A DNA stretch of 64,000 bases from Scyliorhinus canicula (Eukaryota): assembly GCF_902713615.1 (NCBI RefSeq), contig NC_052166.1:45609870-45673869 (forward strand), read 5' to 3'. Under the pieces are notes generated by a model. It was given only the letters and a program-made list of their open reading frames with translations. It did no database searches and was not told the origin of the DNA. This document shows positions 37,680 through 51,567 of the stretch, in pieces (within the stretch, counting starts at the first letter, position 1; every line of letters starts with the position of its first letter). The position numbers and the translations under genes are program-made.

Positions 37680-38310
37680 GGGCGCGATTCTCCGCTCCCG
37701 CGCGGCATCGGGAAGGCCGTCGTGAACTCGGCCGAGTTTCATGGCGGCGTCGGTGTCCGCTCCTCGCACCCTATTCACTCCCGCGCCGCCACCCCCCCAC
37801 CCCCCCAGGGGGCTAGCAGCGGCGTTGTGAGAAACTTGTCCACCGGGCCTTGACGCTTGCGTCAAAGCGACGCGCCGAGAATGACGCGACGGCGGCGCGT
37901 AAGTTACGTCAGCCGCGCATGCGCAGGTTGGCCGGCTCCAACACGCGCATGCGCGGTTGCCGTCTTCCCCTCCGCTGCCCCGCAAGACGTGGCGGCTTGA
38001 TCTTGCGGGGCGGCGGAGGGGAAAGAGTGTGTCCCTTGGAGACGCCGGCCCGACAATCAGTGGGCACCGATCGCGGGCCAGTCCCCTCCCGAGCATGGCC
38101 GTGGTGCTCAATCCCCTCTCTGCCCCCCACAAGACACAAATTAACCTTTGGCGCCAGGTGTGGTTGCCGCCGGCATGAACAGGTCGGGAACGTCAGGCCG
38201 CTTGGCCCTTCCGGGCCGGAGAATTGCCGGTCGGGGTGAAAAACGGTGAGCGGCGATTCTCTGAGCGGGGGGTGGGAGAATCGCGGGGGGTGCCAGGGCG
38301 GCGTGTCGTG
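37680..38310. mobile_element. GC-rich Harbinger-like MITE (right end truncated)
   Basis: Starts GGGCGCGATTCTCC and has the shared core CCGATCGCGGGCCAG. Confidence 0.75.
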
Positions 38311-38400
38311 AGTCATCCTTGAGATGGGTAACAGGAGTGGGAAAAATACCAGCTTGGCTTACCTCAGAAGAAAGTGCCTGCAAGGACATGACTTTCATCA

Positions 38401-38409
38401 TGTGTGTGT

Positions 38410-38440
<31 letters not shown>

Positions 38441-38447
38441 GGGGGGG
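38401..38447. repeat. (TG)12 microsatellite running into poly-G
   Basis: Read directly from the sequence. Confidence 0.95.
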
Positions 38448-38949
38448 CACTTTTAAAGACCAAAGATCTGCTTTGGTGCTATAGGACTTCAGCAAAGAAT
38501 AGGTAATCAGGTTTGGCTGAGAGGCTGAAATCCTTTACTTATAAAAGATGTTGTTACAAAAAGTGTCTTTAAATAGTACAAAATAACACCACAATCGTCA
38601 TCAAATATATACAGATATATTCATTGAAATGAAGCTCAAAAATAACACATTTCAACCACTATCAACCTACTAACGCCTAACCCTTATACCTACAACTCAC
38701 AACAAATAAAATCCAAACTGATACCTAATAACCACGCCCCCCCCCCCCCCCCCCCCAACAGTGGGCGGTGACTGGGAAAGTCATCTTCTGAGAAAGGAAA
38801 TGAATGGCTGCCATCTCAAGTAGAAGCCATCTACCGACCCTCTTATGATGTACTTGACCTCGTTTCTGCTCCTGGTAACTGTGGAACCTTATGATAGTTG
38901 CTCATGATGGCTCGCCTGGGCGAGGTGTCTGACTGAGCAACCGATGGGC

Positions 38950-39531
38950 AGAACGGAGAATCGGCTCCATTGATGCCGGTGTGGTCGGTGCGGCACCGGT
39001 CAGGGGCCGCTCTATGTGGCCTGTCCGCCAACTGTCCGCCCGGGATGGGCCGAGCAGCCGTTGTAAAAAAGCTGAGTCCCGCCGGCGCCATCCACACCTG
39101 CTCTCAGCCAATGGGAACTCAGCGTGGAAGGGTCGGGGGGGGGGGCTGTGGGGGGGGGGGGGGTGGGGGGGGGGGGTGGGGGGGGGGGGGTCCGACACCA
39201 CGGGGGGCTTCCGATGTGGCCTGGCCCGCGATCAGGGCCCACCGATCGACGGGCCGGCCTCTCTGGCTGGGGGCCTCCTTTCTTCCGCGCTGGCCCCTGT
39301 AGCCCTGCGCCATGTTGTGTCGGGGCCGGAGCGGAGAAGGAAGCCACTGCGCATGCGCGGACTCCGTGGTGCCCACTTCATGCCAGGATCAGCAGCTGGA
39401 GCGGCATGAACCGCTCCAGTGCCGTGCTGGCCCCCTGTAGGTGCCAGAATTGCTGATCCTGAGGCCGTGTTGACGCCATCGAGAAAAGCGACGGTGTCAA
39501 CACTTAGCCTCAGGATCACAGAATCCTGCCC
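38950..39531. mobile_element. GC-rich MITE, same subfamily as 13952-14677 in opposite orientation, within L1-like remnants
   Basis: ...GTCAACACTTAGCCTCAGGATCACAGAATCCTGCCC is close to the reverse complement of the 13952 start. Confidence 0.8.
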
Positions 39532-40647
39532 AGGACCTCCTCAGTTGAATTGCGGAAGTCCTCGGAGACTGCCGTTGTATTTTGAATTCCTCAGCAAAAC
39601 TGCTCATAAGCATCTCGATCATCAACGGGGTAACCTCTGCTTTGGCAGCGGCCCCTGCCATTTTATCAATTGACGAGCCCCGAGAGATTTCTGAATCAGA
39701 CGCGATTCTTTGCTTTCTGGATTCTTCGACCTTGATTTCCCTGGCATTTCCACAAAATGCGAGCCTTATCCCAACAAATTATTTCAATTATCACCCCAGC
39801 ACCATTCAAAAACCTGTTTGGAAAGGTATAAATCAAAGTGCCCAGGTGGGAGCTGCCTCGTGTGTGGCCGTTTCTTAAATACTGTCACCGGAAGTCAGCC
39901 CAAAACTCCTTTAACCTGTTGAAACACCTGAGCCCCAGAGAAAACATTACTTCATTGACAGCTTTGGTTCTCTGATCCATGTTGTCAACTTCACGATGTT
40001 TATTTACACAAGATAAAGAGGTTTCAAGTGCTGACAGTTTCAGCCATTGGTGCTTTAAATGGTTTGGATGATTGGCACTTTTTTAGCATGTAGTAAAAAT
40101 GAGTTTAAAAAACTAAAGTGCAAAGTTAGCAATTAATTATTTTAAAAAACCCGTTTTACACATATTGCTGTTGCTATTGGGTTAATTGCTTCTCTACATT
40201 GCACAGTAGATGAATGGGCATGTAAGTGACATACTTTGACCTGGGGAGATGAAGACCCACAGATGGTGGGTAGAGGGATACTTTGAAATGAAGGGCATGA
40301 GAGGCCATAGGGGATGTTTTAGGCCAATCTTTGGCATGGTGGATGCATGAGGAAGGACCTTCCAAGCTTTCAAAACATTCCCTCATACAGACTATGGTTC
40401 ATGAATCTCTGAGGTGCCTCAAACCACAACTCTGTGAAAAGGTAGCCTGACTGCATTAAATTGTGGAGGACAAGCACATGTGTGTTCCCGCAATGGAGCT
40501 GGCCTGGTTGGGAGTACAGGGTTTGTGCTCATGACCCAACCCTCAAAAGGCACTCATGAAAATGGAAAAATCCCAGGAATCCCAACCATTTTAAAAAGGG
40601 CCCCAAGCCATCCTGATTGAAAATCCAGCCCATTAATTTAATCTTCT

Positions 40648-41600
40648 GCACAGTGGGTAGCATTGTTCCTTCACAGGTCTAGGGTCCCAGGTTCGATTCC
40701 CGGCTTAGGTCACTGTCTGTGAGGAGTCTGCACGTTATCCCCGGCAAGGAGTCTCCCTTCTGAGGACTAAGCCCCCACGCCGGCATGAGAACCGGCGCCA
40801 ACCACTCTGGCGTCAACAGCCCACGAAACTGCGGAATTCTTTGCACTTTCAGGGGCTAGGTGGACGGCGGAGGCGTTGGCGCTGCTGCAACTGGTGCTGA
40901 AGGGACAATGCGCAGACCAGCTGGACTATTTTGGCGCATGTGCAGGGTTTCCCTTCTCCACGCTGGCCATGGCGGAACCCTACAGGGGCCGCCGCGGAAG
41001 GAAGAAGTGCCCCCACGGAACACGCCCGCCCGCAGATCGGTGGGCCCCGATCGCGGGCCAGGCCACCGTGGGTGTCCCCCCAGGGTCGGATCCCCCGCGC
41101 CCCCACGAGGACCACCCCCACTGACTTACTTGCCAGGTCCCACCAGTACGTGCGTGGAGTGATTCACGCCAGCGGGACTGGTCAAAATCGAACGGCCGCT
41201 CGGCCCATCAGGGCCTGGAGAATCGCCGGGGGGAGTGGGGCGCTGCCAATGGCCTCCGACCGGCGTGGCGTGAATCCAACCCCGCCTGAGAAACGGCGCT
41301 GGAGAATACGGCAGCCGGTGTCGTGGCGGCGGGGCGGGATTCGCGCTGCCCTCCCCCCAGGGATTCTCTGACCCGGCGGGGGGTTCGGAGAATCCCGCTC
41401 CGTGTCTGCGTGGGTTTCCTCCGGGTGCTCTGGTTTCTTCCCACATGTCCCAAAAGACGTGGTGTTAGGGAATTTGGAAATTCTGAATTCTCCCTCTGTG
41501 TACCCGAACAGGCGCCGGAATGTAGCGACTGGGGGCTTTTCACAGTAACTTCATTGCAGTGTTAATGTAAGCCTACTTATGACAATAAAGATTATTATTA
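40648..41600 (+). mobile_element. V-SINE tail type B split by a GC-rich MITE (~40742-41400)
   Basis: SINE ...GCACGTTATCCCC| resumes |CGTGTCTGCGTGGG... and ends GACAATAAAGATTATTATTA. Confidence 0.85.
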
Positions 41601-41609
41601 AATAATTAT

Positions 41610-42500
41610 TTTGTGAAGACAAATGCGAAGTACTCATTCAGTATTTCAGGCATGCCCTCTGCCTCCAGATGTCCTTTTTTGCCACTAGTTGGCCATACTA
41701 TCCCTTTAACTATCCTAGTTTTTATATATTTACAGAAGATTTGAGGATTCCCATTTGTTACCCACTAATCTTTTGTTATACCCTTTCTTTACCCTTATAT
41801 ATTTTATTAATTTCTCGCGTGCTGTCTCCTCTGCCTGACAGTTTTCATTAAACTACATTTTCCATGTTATTTTAACCTTTTTTTTGTTATCTAAGCAGCT
41901 CTAGCTTTGTATGCCCCATCTTTCTTCCTTGTGGAAAATACTTGGTTTGTACCTACTGTATCTCTGCTTTGAAGGCCGCCATTAATCATTAATTATTTTC
42001 CTGGCCCTATCTTTGTATCAGATCCACCTCAGCTAGATCCGCTCTCAAATCACGGAAACTGTCTGTCTTCCAGTTCAGCATTTCCAACTTTGATATTTCT
42101 TTATCTCTTTCCATAATTGCTTTAAATCCAATTATATTAGGATCACTATTACCCAGATGTTCTCCCACTGTGACAAACTTCATTTGCCCTCCTTCAATTG
42201 CTAAAATTAGAGCCAGCAGTTTTATTCCCCTTTGGACCTGAAACATACTGATTAAGATAGTTCTGCTGTACATATTTTAAGAATTATTCACCCTTCTTAC
42301 CCTTTACTCTAGTTTCCCCCCGATCTATGTTAGGGTGATTGAAGTCCCATATTAGTGTTGCTTTATTATTTTAACATTTCTCTGAGATTTGTTTCTCTAT
42401 TTCCCACTATTTAGGAGTCTGTAATAACACCCAGAAATGTAACATTTCCTCTTTTGTTCCCTAGCCTTAACAAAATAGATTTAGTCTTTGAACAGTATAT
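41610..42500 (-). mobile_element. Highly degenerate CR1 fragment
   Basis: VGEHLGNSDPNIIGF...LNWK...DLA motif typical of the CR1 EN-RT linker. Confidence 0.6.
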
Positions 42501-43064
42501 TGTTCCACTGGAGAACTTCTGGTCAATACTGCCACTCCCCCATTTCTTTTTTCTATTCCTCTCCCTCTTTAAAACATCTCATAGGAATTGATTTCAAATT
42601 TAAATTTTCTCTGCTTTGCGTCACTCTATTTCTGAAGTTTACACCAGTTTCCTGCTCCACCATCAGTAACATCAGTCTAGCTAGCCATCAGTCTAGAATT
42701 CATTTCCTTTTTAACACCATTAGTCTTGCCTCATTTCTCATTTCCTCAAAAGCCTTCACATAAATTATGTATTTGACTGTACATTTGATCACTACTTCTC
42801 CTTAAGCATTGGGAATTTTCTAGTTTAGTGTGGCAGCAAAAGAGTTCAATATATCAGAGGAGATCATGATTAGGTTGAGGAGATGCCCAGGGTGCATAAA
42901 GGTAGGGAAAGCTCCCGAGGGTGGGGGCAGAATGAGCTCCTGATGATTGTGCTGGGGGGGGGGGGGGGGGGGGGGGGGATGGGGTGGGTCGCAGGAGTCC
43001 TCGATGCTTGTGCAATACTTATTGCTGCTCTGCAATTGATTGGACAATTTTAGCTGCCCTTAGG

Positions 43065-44070
43065 ACATAGAAATCATAGATTCCTCCAGTGCAGAAGGAG
43101 GCCATTCGGCTCATCAACCCTGAGCACTCCACCCAAGTCCACTCCTCCATCCTATCCCTATAACCCCTTAGCATAACCTACACATCTTTGGACACTAAGG
43201 AGCAATTTAATATGGCCAATCCATCTAACCTGAACATCTTTGGACTGTGGGAGGAAACCGGAGCACCCGGAGGAAACGCACAGAAGCACAGGGAGAATGT
43301 TCAAACTCCACACAGTCACCCATGGTTAGAATCAAACCTGGGCCCCTGGCGCTGATCTGCCTCCTAGTTTTGCTGCTGTCTCAGCCACTCCATATAAGTT
43401 CATTTTGTGAAACATGCTTCCTTCATACCTCTGCCTCAACACCTCTCTACTGCATTCAAAAGCTTCCTCAAGAGCCTTCATTTCGACTAGGCTTTCAGAC
43501 ATTCACAATTCCTCTAAATTTCCTTGTGGTGTTTTGGGGTCAAGTTGTCCACTGCCTTACATAAAGTGTCTGAAATGTCTCTCCATGTGTAAGGTGCTCT
43601 CTGGACTGATTTTGGTTGTCCTATGAGTCTTGGATGCAAGAACCAAATGCTGATCATGATCTCTTTTGACATATTCAACTCTTTTGGCTATACTTAGTGC
43701 TGCCCTGCAATTGATAGGACAATTTTAGCTATGAGTCTGCCCCTAGGACATAGAAATCATAGAATCCATAGAGTACAGGAGGCCATTTGTCCCATCGAGC
43801 CTATGCCGACCCTGAGCACCACCAAGCCCATTTCTCCACCCTATCCCAATCACCTCTTAACCTTTGGAGTCTAGGGAGTAATTTAGGATGGTCAATCCCC
43901 CTAACCTGCACATCTTTGGACTGTGGGAGGAAACTGGATCACCTGAAGGAAATATACTCAGGTTCAGGAAGAAAGTGCAAACTTCACAAACCACCCATGG
44001 TTAGAATCAAACCTGGGCCCCTGGCGCTGTGAGGCAACAGTGTCAAACACTTTGCCACCATACCACCCCA
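43065..44070 (-). mobile_element. Two related V-SINE copies (43065-43354 and 43748-44070)
   Basis: Both have a CR1-type tail and share CACCCATGGTTAGAATCAAACCTGGGCCCCTGGCGCTG. Confidence 0.8.
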
Positions 44071-45707
44071 ACACTTTCAACTGAATACTTAGGTATAATA
44101 ATAATATTTTGTTGTCACAAGTAGGCTTACATTAACACTGCAATGAAGTTACTGTGAAAAGCCCCTGGTCGCCACATTCCGGCACCTGTTCGGGTACACA
44201 GAGGGAGAATTCAGAATTCTCAGCTGGTACAGGAATTGAACCCACTGCTGGCATTGTTCTGCATTACAAACCCACTGTCTAGCCCATTCAGCTAAACCAG
44301 CCATTCCCGATTTTCCACGCTGCTCGCTGGTAATGTCATGAGGTCCACTCCCACAAAAAGCGAGAACCTCATTTTGATGGATTTAAATAAATTTTAAAAT
44401 GATTAGATCGTCCCCCACCACATGATCCCCCTCACTGGACATTCAAATCTCACCGATTTGGCGTCACGTTGGCGAGGCTTACAACGGCAATTTAAAAAAC
44501 AGATTCAATTGAGGAGATACCCAGAGTTCGCTAAGGTAAGGATAGCTCCCGGGCCGGGGGGGGGGGGGGGGGGGGGGGGGCGGGGGATTGAGCCCCCCTA
44601 ATTGTGCTGGGGGTGGTTGCAGGAGTCCTTGATGATTGTGCTGGGGCAGGAGAGCACCCAATGATTTTGTGGTGGAGGCGGAGATGTGGGGGGCATGTTG
44701 AAGTAAGTGAACTTAGAACGAAGAGTCGGCCATGCCGGCTGTATCATGCCTCGCCCCTCCAAAGTGATGGCGTAAACTCCAACCCAGTCACTTTTTTTAA
44801 AAACTCAGAGCCTCACGCCCTGGAGAGAAAACTGGTCTGTGCACCTGGAGAGCTACACACCATTTCTCAATCGCAGCCTGACACTTTGAAAAAATGTGGT
44901 AAGATTCCACCCGTAATTTATTTTTTTAATTCTTTCAAGGAATGTGGGCATCACTGGTAAGGCCAGTATTTTTTGCGCATTCCTAATTGCTAATTGCCCC
45001 TTGAATTGAGTGTCCCTTTCAGGCAAAGGTCAACCACATTACTGCCGTCACATGTAGGCCAGATCAGGTAAGGGCGGCAGATTTCTGCCTTGCCTAAAAG
45101 GGCATTAGTGAGCTAGATGGGCTTTTACAACAATCGACCGTAATCAATTACAGAACGGTCATTACATATTTATTAATTGAATTTAAACTCTACTATCTGC
45201 TGTTGTGAGACCCATGTCCCCAGCCTGAGCCTCTGGATTACTAGTTCAGTGACAGTAATACCATCTCCCCACAAAACGTAAGTAAGTTAGAAGCAGTAGA
45301 GCTCCCCATGCAAATTCCTGAGATAATCTGCCCATGAGATGCTCCTTCGTAACTCCTTTTAACCCAAAGGCCTTTCAAAGATATTAAAATCTGTATCTAG
45401 TTTGACAATACTAAGGAAGGGCATTGACTCAGAGACATATTTTATTTTCTACTGGACAGGAACCGTAACTATCAATGGTAACGTCTTATCAACTGTTTGC
45501 ATCTTGCAACTAAATAATCCAAATGTATTTAATTCTTGACCATATTTGTTTTAACGAGCGGTGAATTGTGACCCTTTTGTATAGCAACTTGTAAAGCAGA
45601 CATGTGGGTTCTGACAATTTACTGTCTTCTCATTTTAATTTTATAAAGGCAATAGTTTTAGAACAGCAGTGCAGCTTTCCAGATGCATTCGAGAGGAAGT
45701 GTCCAGC

Positions 45708-46337
45708 GGGCGGGATTCTCCGACCCCCCACCGGGTTGGAGAATCGATGGGGGTAGGCATGAATCCCGCCCTGCCATCCTCCCACCCCCCAAAAACCGGT
45801 CCAACGTGAGTCGCGCTGCCCACCTTGGAGAATGGCGGGGTCCGGCGCGACTCAAGGGGCCCCTGAGCTGTCCAGATTCTCCAGCCCGCGATGGGGCGAA
45901 GACCCGCCCATTCTATGCTGGTCCCGCCGGCGTAAATTAGAGTTGGTCCCTTACCGGCGAGACCTGGCAGCGCAGGCGGGCTCCGGGTTTCTTGGGGGGT
46001 CGCGGGGAGATTTGGCCTCGGGAGGTGACCCCATGGTGGCCTGGCCCGCGGTCGGGGCCCACTGATCCGTGGGCGGGCCTGTGCCGTGGGGGCACTCTAT
46101 TCCTTCCGCACTGGAGGCCGTGATCATCTACCATTCCCGGTGCGGAAGTGAATCCCTCAGCGCATGCGCGGGGATGAAGCCCGCCGGCCGGCGGGGCGCC
46201 AACCACTCCAAGGAGGGCAGAGGATTTCAATCCCTGAAAGTGCAGAGGATTCCGCACCTTTGGGGGGGCCCGATGCCGGAGTGGTTCACGCCACTCCGTC
46301 CCGCCAGGACCCCCCGCCCCGCCGGGTACGGGAGAAT
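45708..46337. mobile_element. GC-rich Harbinger-like MITE (right end eroded)
   Basis: Starts GGGCGGGATTCTCCGACCCC...GGGTTGGAGAATC and has the shared internal core. Confidence 0.8.
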
Positions 46338-48194
46338 GTGTGGAGTTTACTGAAATAATGCTACTAAATGTTTATTGTTAATTGGCTGTACAAAGCATTA
46401 AAGCAACTCTTTGATTCCAATTTTGTGAATTTTTGTGAACATGGAAATACTAGGTTTAGATCTTTAATAAATTGATGCAGCACCCACAGAAATAATGGTC
46501 ACTACCAACGTTTTAATTTTGACACTCTCCATTGTACTTTGACGTTTTATTCAGCAAAGGTTCATAAGGCAGTAGATAATGCAGAAACATTCTTGTGAAG
46601 ATGTTCTAGGGAACATCGCACTACTTTCAGAATTTGAACTGATGAGAAGCATTAAAATTGCAAAAGGCACTGAAAAATCAAACTGGTTTCGATGCAGCTT
46701 ATGTGCATCCTTTAGAAATTGTTTTTAAACTGCTCGTTGCTGTTAGAAGTAACCTGGGTACATAAATTCCACCTTCCAAAGTCGAACCTTGTTGCTGCTT
46801 GAATCAATTTGTTCATATGACATCTGCAGTGAAGGAGGAAACATAGGAAAATAGGAGTAAAAAGACCAACCAAAGATGGATAATTCTCAATGTCCCCTAC
46901 CCCCTGCAATAATCTACTCCGTTGTTTTCTGTCTTCTTGGGTAGTCGCCACCCTCTGGAAAATAGTCCAGTGTGACATTTTTACCCTTATAATTCAATAA
47001 GGAAAGGCAGGAGATAAGAAGAAAGTGATTGAAACCATCCCCAAAAATCACTATTAATCATGTCTTTTAGTTCCATACATGCTTCAGTCAGAGGCTGGAG
47101 ACATGATTTCTTGTGAGGTGGCATTAATGAATAGAGAGGTTGACGCAGCCATCAATGGAACCTTTCATTCAGTGAAAGAATTATTGAAATTTACAGAAAG
47201 GCAGTGAGATATTAGTCAACCAAACCGAGGGATTGGAATGTATCAAAACAATAGGCATTTACCCAGGGTTCCCGCAACTAACTAAATTAGTCACCCAGCT
47301 GTGGGGGTGGAGTGCAACCTTAAATAATTTAGCACTGGTTAAACTGAACTGTCAAACATTAACTGGGGAAAGCTATTCCCCTGGAAGAAAAGGCAATATC
47401 AACATTTACCATGGATACACACCATTGTTCACTACCTTGTAAACGTGGAATATACTAGCCCCCTTCCCAATAACAATCGATGATTTATGGCTACTTCTCA
47501 ATTAATGAAACCATATTCATTCACCTTAGGCTGGAATTTATTTTTTTGCTTCAGTCCCAGAGGACTCACTACATAAAATGTGCATTTAATAGGTTGTCAT
47601 GGAGAGTGCTAGAGAGTATTTAGCCATGTCAAGAGAAGCTTCATGTTAGGGGATGGCATAACATACTATATTTTTCTATGAAAATGGCAGTCAAAACTCC
47701 TACCCATGTATTTCACCCTGGAACCTTGTAAGTGGGCAGAAACATTTTTTTTATTATTAGAATCTATTTAAGGTCCTTGTTTTCATCAAGAATGGAATGG
47801 AAGAACAGAAGTGTTACATTTAATTTCCCCCTAATGCACCTGAAGTGATTTACCCTCCCAATTGTATATGAACATGTTTAATACATCAGTATTGAATTTT
47901 AACAGAATTAACTTCAGGCCTTCAAGCCTTTATCTAGTTTGTTCCAAAAAAATAGCAGGATTGGTTACAGCACATCATATGTCATGTAATGACAGAATAC
48001 ATAAACTATTTTGTTAAAAAGTACAATCATCTACAATCACAAAAAAGTACAATCACAAGTGCTAAAAGTTTACAATCATCTTTTCAGAGAAAAAAACACT
48101 TCCTCCCCAAACTCTAAAATAACCAAAGTTTGATATTCTGGGGCTTGTTTTCCTAAATGAAGCATTACTTGAATGTGCTGTACCAATGATATTT

Positions 48195-48960
48195 TAAAAA
48201 ACTTGCATTTAGATGGCGTCTTTAACCTGGAAAAACATGCCAGGGTGTTTTAATGAGAGACTCCTGCCCCTAATTTGTATGTCCATATGTACAAAATGGA
48301 CACAAAGCCGAAACAAAATAATAGGAGGGATGATCATAAGCCTAGTGAGAAAAGTGGGTTTTATGGAGGGAGAGCGAGTGGATTGGCACAAGGGATCAGG
48401 TAGGAGCATTGGACCTTGGTGGCTGAAGACATGGCTGTCATGGTGGTGTGAAGGGAGGGGACATGCACAAAAGGTCCGTGTCAGACGAACAGACAGTTTG
48501 GGACAGAAGGTGAGACAGCTGGATGTTGCAGAGAGGGGGAGGGGCAAGGCCATGAAGGGCTTTAACACAAAATGAGAATTCTAAATTGAAGGCGTTAGCG
48601 AACCAACGTCAGCAAAGGCAAAGGTTAGAAGTGAGTGGAATGTCATGAGGGATGGGGCATGGGCAGCCGGGTTTGGATGAACTGAAATTTAGAGGGTGGC
48701 AGTTTGGAAGTCAGTCAGGACAGTGTCTGAAAGCTGGCTGAGCCTGGAAATGAAAATGTAGGGATGAGATTTCAGCCACAGATGGGCCGAGGCAGGAAAA
48801 CTGTGGAAGTAAAGTAGGGGGATTTTGTGCTGAAACATGTATAGGCTCAGAACCTGGGGATCAAATAGGATGCAGAAATTGTATACAATTTAGTTCATCC
48901 AGAAAGGGACATGGAATTAGTAGTGAGGGTACAAACCGTGTGCCAAACACGACGGCTTCA
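48195..48960 (-). mobile_element. Old L2-like LINE 3' remnant
   Basis: ACTTGCATTTA.AT.GC tail motif and an ILVLKPF-like translation, resembling L2 3' ends. Confidence 0.5.
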
Positions 48961-49809
48961 ATCTCTGTACCTTGATGCCAAGACTAAGGGCTGGATTCTT
49001 CCACCCCGCCCGCGGCAAGAACGCCATGGGCGAGAGGCGGACAATGGAGAAGTCCATTGACCTCGGGTGGGATCCTCTGATTGCCGGGCGGACGTGGCCC
49101 GTGAAAATTTACATTTCTTATTTGATATTCAGAAATGGAGATAGAAATACTTCACTGGCATTCACTAGGAACACAAAATGAGTTGCTATGTTGCTTTTAA
49201 ATGTATTCTAACTCTTGGATTAAGCTAATCTTTTTGTCGGTCCTGAATAATACAATATGTCATCAAAATGTTACATTTTTAAAATTCTATGGCATGTATG
49301 GCAGCACAATAAAAAAAATAGAATCAAGTGTCGCATGTTTTCACATCTACAATAAGGTAACTAAATTCTTCTATTGTAGTGAGACCTAAAAGTACAAATT
49401 CCTCACTGTTAATTGTATATTAGTTATATTTAATTGTACATAGGTTATAGGCATTAACCTGTGTAAGGAACACCTTGAAACTATGGCTGTTGGGTTGGGA
49501 GATAGCTCTGTAAATAAAAACTTATAAAAGAGTGTAAAGTGTATATAACTGAGTCCAGTTATATCCTTCATCACTTGGTTTTCTGGGATATAACACTCAA
49601 TGCCTTGATATTAAGTATGTGCTGCCTTGGTCATACTATTCATTCCATCGTGATCTTTGAAGTAATTTCTCAAAAGGTGGAAGTTGAGCGAAAGTGTAAT
49701 TTACAGGAATTGATTGGATAGCGGTGACTAAATATGAGCAAGGACAGACAGACGGAGGAATGGAAGGAAGGACAGATGGATGGATGGGAGGCAGAGAGGA
49801 AGGAAGGAA

Positions 49810-50440
49810 GATTTGCATCCATATAGCACTCTTCACAACCAACGGAGGTCTCAAAATGCTTTACAGCCAATGCAGTACTTTAGATGCGTAATCACTGTCG
49901 TAACATAGGGAACGAAGCTGCCACATTCTGCACAGTAAACTCCTAGCACCAGCAGTATGATAATGATCATATAATCTGTTTTTCTGATCTTAAATGAGGG
50001 ATAAATATTGGACAGAGCACTGTTTGCTCTTATTCGAATTTGTATCATCGGACAAGGTACAGAGAAAGAAATACTTGCTTTTACATAGCACCTTCCACAA
50101 CTTTAGAATGCGTCAAAGACAATGAAGTGTTTTTAAACAGCTGCAATGAAAGTTACCACAACAGCAATGTGATACTGACCCAATTATCTGTTTTAATGAT
50201 GTTGGATAGATAGCGGCCCGTATATCAGGAGATTTCCTGTTCTTATTCAAAATAGAGGCACCTTAGAGGGGCCTCAGTTTAGTGCCTCATCTGAAAGACA
50301 GCACCTCTGAAGCACAGCATTGCCTCAGTGCAGTATGGAAGTGTCAGCCTAGATTAAGTGCTGTCTGGTATGAGACTAGAACCCACAAGCTTCAGCACTC
50401 ACAGGTGTGAGTGCCGCCATTAAGCCAAGGATGACACCTT
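49810..50440 (-). mobile_element. Two tandem Deu-domain SINE remnants (SacSINE1/AmnSINE-like)
   Basis: Repeated TTGC.TT..ATAGCAC.TT.CACAAC...CAGCAATGTGATA.TGA.C..AT.ATCTGTTTT blocks, and a tRNA-like head near 50370-50430. Confidence 0.55.
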
Positions 50441-50927
50441 GAGAGGGAGTACACACTTATACTCTCCTGATGAAGGACCAACAAGTGATACACTACATAG
50501 ATGGAAACATAAAGACAATGGACAACTAAACTTCTACCTCCACTATACCATTCTATATCAAAGGAGTATATTTTGAATACAATGACGCAGCATTGAAGAG
50601 CTAAGGCTCTAAATTAGAATTATTTATATTTTTACTGTACATCATGGGACAGTAATAGTTTTGTTAATATTTATTAATGCAACTTGCCATATTATACAAT
50701 ACCTTTATTCAAAATAATATTTTGTTTCATTTTATTTTAGTGGCTGTTCCTTTTAAATCCAATCACTCTACATTAGAATTGTATATGAGTGATTGCTGGT
50801 CAGTTCACTCTATCAAGCTACCTGATACAATGTTCTAAATTACTGGGTGGCAAGAGAAATAATTAAAACTTTTCCAGTGATGTAAAATTTGTTCCGTTTT
50901 TAACTGACTGACAGCCAGTCTTTGATA

Positions 50928-51268
50928 TAGAATTTACAGTGCAGAAGGAGGCCATTCGGCCCATCAAGTCTGCACCGGCTCTTGGAAAGAGTGCCCTACC
51001 CAAGCCCACATCTCCACCCTATCTCCATAACCCAGTAACCCCACCCAACACTAAGGGCAATTTTGGACACTAAGGGCAATTTAGCATGGCCAATCCACCT
51101 AACCTGCACATCTTTGGACTGAGGGAGGAACTGGAGCACCCGGAGAAAACCCATGCAGACACAGGGAGAACGTGCAGACTCCGCACAGACAGTGACCCAA
51201 GCCGGGAATCAAACCTGGGACCCTGGAGCTGTGAAACAATTGTGCTAACCACTGTGCTACAATGCTGC
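50928..51268 (-). mobile_element. V-SINE (HE1-like), CR1-type tail
   Basis: Complete head, V core and tail. Confidence 0.88.
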
Positions 51269-51567
51269 TGAGAGTAATGAGGATAGATTAGAAAGGTTGG
51301 GATTATTCTCCCTGCAGAGAAAAAGGTGAAGAGGAGATTCGATAGAGGTGTTCAAAATCATGAGGGCTGGACAGAGTAGAGGGGAAGAAACTGTTCCCAC
51401 TCATATAAGGATCAAGAACAAGTGGGCACAGATTTAAAGTGATTTGCAAAAGAAGCAAATGTGGAGAATTTCTTTTTCACACAGTGAGTGGTTTGGGTCT
51501 GGAATGCACTGCCTGGAAGTGAGGTGGGGGCTGGTTCAAGCAAGGCATTTAAGAAGGCATCAGATGA

